Source of the DNA: Candidatus Heimdallarchaeota archaeon
Lineage (GTDB): Archaea > Asgardarchaeota > Heimdallarchaeia > JABLTI01
Direction of reading: 5' to 3'
NCBI GenBank assembly: GCA_030614005.1
Contig: JAUWKS010000041.1
Coordinates: 1-29,538 of the forward strand
Length of the DNA stretch: 29,538 nt
Part shown: positions 18,720 through 26,837 of the stretch, one piece after another
Position numbering within the stretch: the stretch's first letter is position 1
Layout of the letters: the number at the start of each line of letters is the position of its first letter
Made by a program: the position numbers and the translations under genes
Notes under the pieces: model-generated
Told to the model about the DNA's origin: nothing
The model's input: only the letters and a program-made list of their open reading frames with translations
The model's database searches: none

Positions 18720-19292
18720 GTGGAAAATACTGAACAAGAAATGGAAATAACCTATGTACAAAACTATAAGGATTTCAAAAAATTAACCCTCCATCCTTCT
18801 ACAATTGCAAATATCATATGTTGTAATATCATACCAATAACAGGAATATTGATCTTTGAATTAGTAATGCTAATACTAAGCTTACAATCTGGTTTTTCTG
18901 AGATGAGAATCTTCTATATGGTTTTAGTTCCGAGTTTTTACACTTTATTTATTATATTATTTACTCCAACTTGGATTATAGTGATAAAATTCCAATGGAA
19001 AAAAACCAGTAAATTACCTTTAGAACGCAAGTGGATTTTTACAAATAAGGGTATAATCGTAGATAAAGTCTATACCAGCACAAAATATGAGTGGGAAAAA
19101 ATTCTCAAAGTAGTAGAATCTAGAAATCAAATAAACTTTAACTTAACAAATAATAAGGTGATAAATCTAGTGCTTGATTTCTTGCCAAAAAGAGCTCTTA
19201 ATGAAGAGCAGTATGGGCAGCTACATACTATTTTACTAAAATATCTTGATAGCAGTAAAATAAAGTTCAAGATTGATAAGAAAGGAAGCTAA
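18720..19292 (+). CDS. YcxB-like membrane protein (tandem paralogue)
   Basis: Two TMs, then YEWEKILKVVE...FLPKRALNEEQYGQLHTIL. Confidence 0.75.
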   Translation: MENTEQEMEITYVQNYKDFKKLTLHPSTIANIICCNIIPITGILIFELVMLILSLQSGFSEMRIFYMVLVPSFYTLFIILFTPTWIIVIKFQWKKTSKLPLERKWIFTNKGIIVDKVYTSTKYEWEKILKVVESRNQINFNLTNNKVINLVLDFLPKRALNEEQYGQLHTILLKYLDSSKIKFKIDKKGS

Positions 19293-19449
19293 ATGGTCCA
19301 ATAGCGTTTTCATATGAATTACCAGCTAATAAAAGCAATCCCTGATTAATCAATGTTCTAGAATTAATTCGATAATAAATATTTGCTGAATTAATATTAT
19401 TTACATCAGCTATTGTGCAGTTTATAATGCAAAGGACACGCTGATTATG
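19291..19449 (-). pseudogene. Fragment of an Ig-like surface-protein domain
   Basis: Reads HNQRVLCIINCTIADVNNINSANIYYRINSRTLINQGLLLLAGNSYENAIGPF, resembling the archaeal Ig-like pattern (I.ATITD...I.SA.LYYR.N...G..Y.A.IGPF); no credible start; resemblance ends at the stop of the upstream gene. Confidence 0.45.
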
Positions 19450-19501
19450 TGAAGATGTGTATCTAAACAGTAATTTTATTACTAAACTTACAATAATATA
19501 G

Positions 19502-20068
19502 GTGAAGGGATTAAGCTTGGAGAAAGAACGTGGTCAAAACAAAAATAATTGGAAAATGCATAAACAATTTAGTAAAGCATCAATCTTTTTCAGCACTATC
19601 GCAGTTATTTCTATTCTTATATTTCCCTATGCTTATTATGCTGAGATTGTAGGCCCCTCAGTAATGTTCAATTTGAGTATATGGGGAGATCCTTCGATAT
19701 CAAGGTCTTTTATTATAGTAATATTGTTTGCATTTCTTTGTTGTGTTTTAATTTCCATTTCGTGGTTATTGTTATCTATAAATAAAAATCATTCATTTGT
19801 AAATCCTCTAAGAATATGCTTGGTTATTACTTCATTCAATTCCTTTGTTTTAGCTGTTATATTTGCTAGTATATTGCTTTTTGCTCCCACAGGAGATAAC
19901 AACATAGCTGGTTATTCGTTAGGTGTTAGTCCATATACCTCTATTGTTTGTTCATTTATCTTGTTCTTAGTTTCTCTAATCCAATTCAAATATCCAGTTA
20001 TGGCAATCAACACTGAACCCGTATTAGAGAAAAAGAATATCTCAAAAAATATTTTCTCTGAATTATAA
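19502..20068 (+). CDS. Four-TM membrane protein, unknown function
   Basis: Four hydrophobic segments; start may be ATG (MHKQF) rather than the GTG. Confidence 0.6.
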   Translation: MKGLSLEKERGQNKNNWKMHKQFSKASIFFSTIAVISILIFPYAYYAEIVGPSVMFNLSIWGDPSISRSFIIVILFAFLCCVLISISWLLLSINKNHSFVNPLRICLVITSFNSFVLAVIFASILLFAPTGDNNIAGYSLGVSPYTSIVCSFILFLVSLIQFKYPVMAINTEPVLEKKNISKNIFSEL

Positions 20069-20110
20069 ACAATAGAATTCTATTTCAAATTTTCATATTT
20101 TACTATTTTT

Positions 20111-20511
20111 AACAAAGCAAAACGTCTATCAAGCAGAAACATTAAAGCACTCTGAAGTTATTTTTAATATAGAAAAATTAATCATAAATTTCATAGGAAA
20201 GAAAAAACATGAGTAATAATTGGCGAGCTTCAAATCGTGTTAAGCAGATCCAGAAATCAGCTATTCACGAGATGACGCGATTATCTAAGGAAATAGATGA
20301 TGTTGCATTTTTGTCTTGGGCTAAACCAACTTCAGATGCACCTAAGCATATCAATAATGGAGCCATTAAAGCAATTAATGAGGGGCTTGTCGGTGGATAT
20401 TCTACAAATGCAGGGATACTTGAATTGCGTCAAGAAATTGTTAAGAAACTAAAAAGGGATAATAACATTTCAGCAACGCCTGATCAAATAATTGTGACTG
20501 TTGGTGCTATT
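20111..20511 (+). repeat. Direct repeat A, left copy (aminotransferase upstream region + first 101 codons)
   Basis: 20209-20511 vs 26535-26837: 14 mismatches in 303 nt by my count; upstream about 100 nt is also alignable. Confidence 0.9.
20135..20149 (+). promoter_or_regulatory. Putative BRE/TATA-like element
   Basis: agaaacattaaagca is identical in both repeat-A copies while flanks diverge; about 60 nt upstream of the ATG. Confidence 0.4.
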
Positions 20512-20535
20512 TTTTTCTTTAAAATTTTCCCATAA
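20209..20535 (+). pseudogene. Truncated duplicate of the PLP aminotransferase
   Basis: Homology to 26535..27704 stops after VTVGAI (20511) and runs into a T-tract; lacks the PLP lysine. Confidence 0.9.
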
Positions 20536-20760
20536 TTATTACTATCAATTTCTATTTTACATTTTCATCTGGATTTTTAAATTGTTTTAACAAATAGATT
20601 TTGCAATTTGTACTTCTAAGCCTGAAAGAAGTGTGTACAAGATTTCTTGAAATTCTTTTTTAATCGATTTTAATCTCTTTAAAATTTGAAATACTAGGTT
20701 TAATCTAGTAAATATTTATTAGTAAATTTCCCTAAATAGATATAACTAGAAGCTGTTAGG

Positions 20761-22200
20761 GTGAGATTTTATATGAAGAAAATTAATCGAATCATCTGTT
20801 ATATTTTATTAATTCAAACCTTAATGGTATGCAATATCTATAGTTGTCTTACGAATTCTATTCACACAAATGAATTAGAAATAGATGATCAGACAATAAA
20901 TAGTGAAGAAGAGAATTTCGAACCAGTTATAATGCAAACTTTTCCAGTAGATTTGGATAATCTCTTTTGGGTTGATAATTTAACTAAACAGCAAGAAATA
21001 CTTGATGGAATTGCAAGCGATGGAGGTCCATGGCCTATAACTCCTTTTGGAGGTCATTTTGTAAGTAACCATATAGAGGGAGTAGATAAGTGGTATATTC
21101 ATACTATAAGACAAGCTGAAATAAGAGCTCCTGTAGATGGTACAAGTAATGAAGAAATGTTTTCTACTGATACTACAATAAATATTCAAGGAAACGAAGT
21201 CTATCCTGATAATCAGTTGACTATTTCTCTAGATGATAATTCATCTGTTAGTTTTGGTCATATTGATATACTCAAATCAATAGCAGATGAGATTATCCAA
21301 GAGAATAGTTATTTCTATACAGAAGGAGAATTAATTGGTTATACTCATAATTTTACTGCTGGTGCTACATCTATTGCAGGAGTAGACTTTCATTATTACT
21401 ATAAAGGTAGGGGTATATGTCCTTATAATGCTTGTACTAGTGAAGACCAAATAAAGATTGAAAATTTTCATTCCCTACAATATGAAGCTGCTAAAATAAA
21501 TGGACTGTATCCTGAATCGCATCTGATCAATGAGTTTTATATCCCTATTGAGGATACAACCTGGGGAACATGGCAATATAAGGAAGGACCATATGATGCT
21601 TATTATGATGGATTGGATGATTGGGGGCGGTATGAAGCAAGTTATCTAACACTATTAAGCCAAGAATTTATCAATCCTGAAACATACTATCGAGATATTT
21701 TTGATACTGAAAAAAATATTACTGCTGAATTTGAAGGATTAATGGGTGATTATCTATGTGCTGAAGATCTCCCTGGTTTTGAAGCATTAGGACAAGGTGT
21801 AGTTGAACTACAAAGTGGTAATTTCCAAGAAGGCATTCTTGACGTTCGTTCCTCCTATTTTACCTATTGGGGTCCCATAAATACAAGTGTGTATTTAAGA
21901 TTTCAAGTCAACTCTACTGAAGATGGTTGGGAGGATGATTTATTGACATTGGAATATTTTGCTACTTTAACCGAAGCTGAAAATGGTTTTACTAGTAGCA
22001 GTATTACTTACGAGAGATATCATCCATATGCTTCATTAATACCTGAACCTGAGATTCCTCCTGAATCTGAGATTCCTACTGAATCTGAGATTCCTCCTGA
22101 ATCTGCACAATTCAACTTGTTTTCAATAATTAACTCTTTTGTCACAATCATACTAGTTTCTATGATTTCTAAAAAAGCAATTAAAATAAAGAAGAAATAG
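20761..22200 (+). CDS. Membrane-anchored secreted protein with degenerate M23-peptidase-like domain
   Basis: Signal peptide; HIEGVD, IRAPVDG, SFGHI, GELIGY in M23 order; HxH position replaced by GVDFH; Pro/Glu stalk and C-terminal TM + KKAIKIKKK. Confidence 0.7.
   Translation: MRFYMKKINRIICYILLIQTLMVCNIYSCLTNSIHTNELEIDDQTINSEEENFEPVIMQTFPVDLDNLFWVDNLTKQQEILDGIASDGGPWPITPFGGHFVSNHIEGVDKWYIHTIRQAEIRAPVDGTSNEEMFSTDTTINIQGNEVYPDNQLTISLDDNSSVSFGHIDILKSIADEIIQENSYFYTEGELIGYTHNFTAGATSIAGVDFHYYYKGRGICPYNACTSEDQIKIENFHSLQYEAAKINGLYPESHLINEFYIPIEDTTWGTWQYKEGPYDAYYDGLDDWGRYEASYLTLLSQEFINPETYYRDIFDTEKNITAEFEGLMGDYLCAEDLPGFEALGQGVVELQSGNFQEGILDVRSSYFTYWGPINTSVYLRFQVNSTEDGWEDDLLTLEYFATLTEAENGFTSSSITYERYHPYASLIPEPEIPPESEIPTESEIPPESAQFNLFSIINSFVTIILVSMISKKAIKIKKK
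22051..22104 (+). repeat. 18-bp tandem repeat x3 encoding an EIP(P/T)ES stalk
   Basis: gagattcctcctgaatct / gagattcctactgaatct / gagattcctcctgaatct. Confidence 0.95.
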
Positions 22201-22604
22201 TCTTCTTATTTTTCTTTCTATTTTTTACTTGTTAATGATACGACACAAAATGATCTTCTAGACCACTAAAAAATCTGATTATATCTTTAAGCTAAACAAA
22301 TACAAAAATCAGAAAACTTAGATGCTTATACAAAACATTCGCTGCGATTACTCTATCTAGAAATGTTATAATTAAATCTCATTCAAAATCAGAAATAAAT
22401 GAAAGAAACCAACCTTTGAAGATATTTTTTCTCCCTATCTTGTTGTGTTTATCTCTTTTCTTACCTTTCCAATAGCAACATTATTTTCAGTTAAGAAATT
22501 ATGATGCGATAATAAAGCTATTTGATTTCGATTTAGAAATTATACTAAGACCTTTTGTCGATAACACTAGATTAATATTTGCTAATATAATAATAAAAAT
22601 TATT

Positions 22605-23251
22605 ATGTCATTGAATCTAAAATTCAAGGTAGTATTAGCTGGAGATGGAGGTGTAGGGAAGTCAACTATCTTGTATCATTTCCTTGAAAAAAAAGAACTC
22701 ACAACAATGACAAAGGGATTAGCAATAGAAAAATTGACAATTCCATTAAATGAGGGAAAACGGTTGAATGCGTTTGTTGGGATCTTGGGGGACAACCTCA
22801 CTTTAGATTCTTTCTTGAGGATTTCTTAGGTGGAACACATTTTGCACTATTTGTTTTTGATTTAAATCGATATGCTTCACTTTTAAGCCTTGAGAATGAA
22901 TGGATACCAATGTTTCAAAAAGAGGTTCCCAATTTACCATGTCCTTTACTTGTTGGAAATAAAATGTGGAAAGAGAAACGAAAAGGCATTTTAAGCATGG
23001 GCGGAATTTACAAGCCCGCTTTAGACTTGATTGTGAAGAGCGAACTGAAACCTATTTTAGATAAAACTGGAAAAACGAAGTTATCAGGGAATACTTCCTT
23101 GGAAATAACCAATTGTATTGCTCCTCAACTCATCATAGGTTTAGCTCAAGGGATTTTGAATGCTCTTTCAGAATCCGCAAGCAGAAAAATCGGTATAAAA
23201 ATTGCTTATGAAATAAAAGGTGATTCTGTAACGCTTTCATTGAAAACTTAG
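22605..23251 (+). CDS. Rab/Arf-like small GTPase (truncated after G4) fused in frame to a V4R/Bet3-like domain; one frameshift at 22757-22760
   Basis: Adding one A gives 215 aa: G1 GDGGVGKS, G2 TKG, G3 WDLGGQ, LFVFDL, G4 VGNKM, then ...SLEITNCIAPQLIIGLAQGILNAL...KGDSVTLSL. Joins track ORFs 22605..22829 and 22910..23251. Confidence 0.8.
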
Positions 23252-23311
23252 CCTTTGAATTTACACAAGTCTAGGAAGAATAAATGGAAAACTTTTTTTA
23301 TCTATGAATAT

Positions 23312-23418
23312 TCTAATAATTTTTTTGATTTAGCCTAAATTATTCGCTTTTCCTAGTTCTTCTCCTTTATGAACTGGAACATTGATTAATCTGCTATATT
23401 AATGACAACTTTCTACCA
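23312..23418 (-). pseudogene. Possible degraded HicA-family toxin remnant
   Basis: Reads ...SCH*YSRLINVPVHKGEELGKANNLG*IKKII, compare the HicA pattern VPVH.GxEL..GLLxKII; two in-frame stops; no antitoxin seen. Confidence 0.35.
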
Positions 23419-23629
23419 TAATTTAGTCGTAATATTGCTCGTTAGCGACTAGAAGTTTAACATTTTTCACAAAAAAAGCACGAACTGTTTTGCTGAGCAT
23501 ATCAAGTATTTAAATACTGCCTATTATTAAGTATAGTTAATTTGATTTAATTCTAAATCAGGAAAAAAGTTAGTATTATTCAATTTCAATTATTATTTAG
23601 AAAAAATGAATAGTATTCAGTACAAACTA

Positions 23630-23635
23630 GGAGGT
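23630..23635 (+). promoter_or_regulatory. Shine-Dalgarno sequence for the second aor
   Basis: GGAGGT 9 nt upstream of in-frame TTG at 23645 (giving MFGKILRVDL, typical AOR N-terminus). Confidence 0.55.
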
Positions 23636-23644
23636 TCGATAATA

Positions 23645-25477
23645 TTGTTTGGGAAGATTTTACGAGTTGATTTAAGCTCTCAAAGTTATAAAGTTGAAGA
23701 TCTCAAGGAAGAGATAGCAAGGAAATACCTCGGTGGACGAGGTTTAGGAGTAAGAATACTCTATGATGAATTACCTGCTGGAACTGATGCCTTATCACCA
23801 GAAAACATAATGGTCATTGCTGCAGGCCCACTAACAGGTACAAAAACACCTAGTGGTAGTAGATATGAAGTAGTGACAAAAAGCCCATTAACTGGTACTA
23901 TTGCAACTAGCAATTCTGGTGGTTCATGGGGAATTCATTTACGGCGAAGTGGGTATGATGCCCTTGTTTTGAAAGGAAAAGCAAAGAAACCTACTTATTT
24001 ATGGATATTCAATGGAAAAGTTGAATTCAAGAGTGCAGAAAAACTTTGGGGAAAAGTTGTTTCTGAAGTTGACACAGAGATTCGAGCAGAAACCCATGAC
24101 AATGCAAAAGTTTTACAAATTGGCATAGCAGGTGAACAACAGACCCTTACAGCAGCTATTATGAATGAGAAATTTAGAGCTGCAGGCAGAGGAGGAGTTG
24201 GAGCTGTCCTAGGAAGCAAGAATCTGAAAGCAATTGCTGTCCGAGGAGATAATAAAATCGAAGCAAAAAATCCTGACGAATTGAAAAAAGGCAATGATCA
24301 AGCACTTGAGAATATGGAGAAGTGTGCTGTAACTAAGAAAGATGGATTGTTGCATACACTAGGTACTTCAGTTTTGACCAATGTCATTAACGATTCTGGA
24401 ATTTATCCTACAAGAAACTTTCAATCTGGCGTTTTTGAACATGCAGCAGATATCTCTGGCGAGAAGATGAAAGACACTATTCTCAAAAAAGCAAAAGCTT
24501 GCTTCGGTTGTCCAATGTTCTGTGGTAGATGGGTAGAATTAGAGGAAGCAACATTTGCTGGGAAGAAATATCCCAAAGTAGAAGGTGAAAGTCTCGAATA
24601 TGAAAGTAGTTGGGCTTTTGGAGGACAATGTGGAATCAATAATTTAAATGCCATTGCTCGAGCGAATTACCTCTGTAATGAGTATGGATTAGACACAATT
24701 TCAACAGGTGTTACAATTGGTTTTGCAATGGAACTTTTCGAAAAAGAACTCATATCCAAAGAAGAAGTCAAATTTGATTTAAGCTTTGGAAATGCTGATT
24801 CGATGATAAAAATGGTTGAACAGATGGCACGAAGACAGGATTTTGGAGAAATTTTAGCAGATGGTTCGAAGAACGCTGCTAAGAAAATTGGAAAAGATTC
24901 TGATTATTATTCAATCCAAGTGAAGGGTATGGAACTTCCTGCTTATGACCCAAGAGGTTGTTTTGGTATCGGATTAAATTACGCAACTTCAAATAGAGGT
25001 GCTGCCCATACAACTGGCTATACTATTGCTGCTGAGATTGTTGGAGCTCCATTAAAAGTTGATCCACTTGATGCTAGCATTGAGAAAGTCAAATTACTCA
25101 TATTCTTTCAAGATCTTACCGCTGCTGTTGATTCATTTGGAACTTGTTTATTTACAACATTCGCAGTAGGTGCAGAAGAATTTGCTACAATGATATCTGG
25201 TGCGATGGGATGGACGGATTACACTGCTGACGAATTAATAAAAACTGGTGAAAGAATATATGCCTTAGAAAGATTGTTCAACAAAAGAGAAGGATTTACC
25301 AGTGCAGACGATAATTTACCAAAAAGACTCATAGAAGAAGAAATGCCAGATGGACCTATGAAAGGAAAGATCATGCCTTTAGCCTCTATGCTAAAAATGT
25401 ATTATGAGCAAAGAGGTTATGATGATAACGGTCATCCATCGCCTTCGAAATTGAAGGAATTAGATTTGGTAGAATAA
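23645..25477 (+). CDS. aor: Tungsten aldehyde:ferredoxin oxidoreductase (canonical length)
   Basis: YLGGRGLG, RAAGRGGVGAVLGSKNLKAI, CFGCPMFC, LEYES, QVKGMELPAYDPRG, TSNRGAAH, DSFGTCLF; track start 23606 is probably too far upstream. Confidence 0.95.
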   Translation: MFGKILRVDLSSQSYKVEDLKEEIARKYLGGRGLGVRILYDELPAGTDALSPENIMVIAAGPLTGTKTPSGSRYEVVTKSPLTGTIATSNSGGSWGIHLRRSGYDALVLKGKAKKPTYLWIFNGKVEFKSAEKLWGKVVSEVDTEIRAETHDNAKVLQIGIAGEQQTLTAAIMNEKFRAAGRGGVGAVLGSKNLKAIAVRGDNKIEAKNPDELKKGNDQALENMEKCAVTKKDGLLHTLGTSVLTNVINDSGIYPTRNFQSGVFEHAADISGEKMKDTILKKAKACFGCPMFCGRWVELEEATFAGKKYPKVEGESLEYESSWAFGGQCGINNLNAIARANYLCNEYGLDTISTGVTIGFAMELFEKELISKEEVKFDLSFGNADSMIKMVEQMARRQDFGEILADGSKNAAKKIGKDSDYYSIQVKGMELPAYDPRGCFGIGLNYATSNRGAAHTTGYTIAAEIVGAPLKVDPLDASIEKVKLLIFFQDLTAAVDSFGTCLFTTFAVGAEEFATMISGAMGWTDYTADELIKTGERIYALERLFNKREGFTSADDNLPKRLIEEEMPDGPMKGKIMPLASMLKMYYEQRGYDDNGHPSPSKLKELDLVE

Positions 25478-25548
25478 CAAAATATTATCTAATGATGATA
25501 TTTGGTTAACAACTTATTGAACCCTTGATTCAGAAATAAAGTCAGGTT
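25458..25548 (+). repeat. Direct repeat B, left copy (last codons of aor + 3' region)
   Basis: Aligns with 26340-26423: 73 of 84 aligned positions identical, gaps of 4 and 3 nt; ccttgattcagaaataaa is exact. Confidence 0.85.
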
Positions 25549-25570
25549 TTTTCAATAAGTTGCTTTTTTT
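25511..25570 (+). terminator. Hairpin + T7 tract between convergent aor and ATC-hydrolase-like genes
   Basis: aacttattgaa (25511-25521) pairs perfectly with ttcaataagtt (25551-25561); T7 at 25564-25570. Confidence 0.5.
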
Positions 25571-25631
25571 CATTTCCATTAAACTACTTTTTTGAACATC
25601 ACATTGCTAATTAGATAATTGTCTTTGTGAA

Positions 25632-26261
25632 CTAATCTTTGTGCTCTTTGTTTTCACATATAAAATGACAAAATTCAGCACCTTCTCCAATCGTATTACC
25701 AATACCCCCTCGATGAAAGATTACCTTGTCTGGCATGTATAAATTATAAAGTGCGTTGTCTATATTACAAAATACACTCATTAATTCTGGGCAAGCAAAT
25801 TTTGTAAAAGCTCCTTTAAAAACACAATTTTTTACTTTAAATTCATACCGTTTATCACTCTGTTCAATAATTTCCATTCTGTTCAAGCGCATTGGTCCTT
25901 CTTTTTTAAATCGCTGTTGATATGTTATGAGATTTTCAAAGGTGTGTGAAGGTTCCTCTACAAATCTAAATAATCCCATTTGTTTTGCAAGAGCTACTGG
26001 AATCATTACTGTCTTCACTAATGCTAGAGCTTGATCATTATCCATTTTCTTTTTAAATATAGTATATAGTGAAATAGCTACTGACACGATGTTTGCTATA
26101 TCCTCAGGCCATTTTTTTGGAAGCTCTTTTCTTATTTTAGACATAGTCATTTTCAGTTTGATCATGAAAATGGTTGGACGTTTAATATATCCCTTTAAAA
26201 CACCACGAAGTATTAAGGTTGTATCTGGTTCTGCACATTTTTCGATGTTTGTTATTATCAT
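25632..26261 (-). CDS. L-2-amino-thiazoline-4-carboxylic acid hydrolase (ATC_hydrolase) family protein
   Basis: FKVKNCVF...CPELMSVFCNID...FHR...TIGEGAEFCHF family pattern; the family name is not a reliable activity call. Confidence 0.8.
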   Translation of the reverse strand: MIITNIEKCAEPDTTLILRGVLKGYIKRPTIFMIKLKMTMSKIRKELPKKWPEDIANIVSVAISLYTIFKKKMDNDQALALVKTVMIPVALAKQMGLFRFVEEPSHTFENLITYQQRFKKEGPMRLNRMEIIEQSDKRYEFKVKNCVFKGAFTKFACPELMSVFCNIDNALYNLYMPDKVIFHRGGIGNTIGEGAEFCHFICENKEHKD

Positions 26262-26339
26262 TTTATTGTAACCTATAACATTGTTATATATAAGTATATA
26301 CGCAATTAGCTATAAAACTTTTTCTTAAAAAATTAAAAC

Positions 26340-26423
26340 AATTAGGTTTGGTAGAATAGCAAAATATCAATGATGTTTGGTTAGTAATTTAGTAAAACCT
26401 TGATTCAGAAATAAATTCAAGTT
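26340..26423 (+). repeat. Direct repeat B, right copy
   Basis: Contains ttggtagaatag, the counterpart of the aor ending ttggtagaataa (LVE*). Confidence 0.85.
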
Positions 26424-26436
26424 GTAGGTTAATCAG

Positions 26437-26837
26437 AACAAAACTTAGCAATCTATTATGTAGAAACATTAAAGCATATACAAGTTACTATAATTTAGAA
26501 AGTTAATATAAAAGTTTCATAGGAAAGAAAAAACATGAGTAATAATTGGCGAGCTTCAAATCGTGTTAAGCAGATCCAGAAATCAGCTATTCACGAGATG
26601 ACGCGATTATCAAAGGAAATAGATGATGTTTCATTTTTATCTTGGGCTAAACCAACTTCAGATGCACCTAAGCATATAAATGACGGAGCTATTAAAGCAA
26701 TTAACGAGGGACTTGTCGGTGGTTATTCTACTAATGCAGGAATACTTGAATTACGTCAAGAAATTGTTAAGAAACTAAAAAGGGATAATAACATTCCAGC
26801 AACGCCTGATCAAATAATTGTGACTGTTGGTGCTATT
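26437..26837 (+). repeat. Direct repeat A, right copy
   Basis: Counterpart of 20111-20511; continues as the intact aminotransferase. Confidence 0.9.
26462..26476 (+). promoter_or_regulatory. Putative BRE/TATA-like element of the aminotransferase
   Basis: Same 15-mer as 20135-20149. Confidence 0.4.

Noticed and set aside
22051-22104. 18-bp repeats considered as a CRISPR array
   Set aside because: No spacers, in-frame within a CDS, no cas genes.
25511-25561. 3' hairpin after aor considered as a SECIS element
   Set aside because: No in-frame TGA in the adjacent genes; position and T-tract fit a terminator.
20111-26837. Calling the repeat-bracketed module a transposon, provirus or integron
   Set aside because: No transposase, integrase, terminal inverted repeats, tRNA att site or recurrent attC-like element; kept only as a recombination signature.
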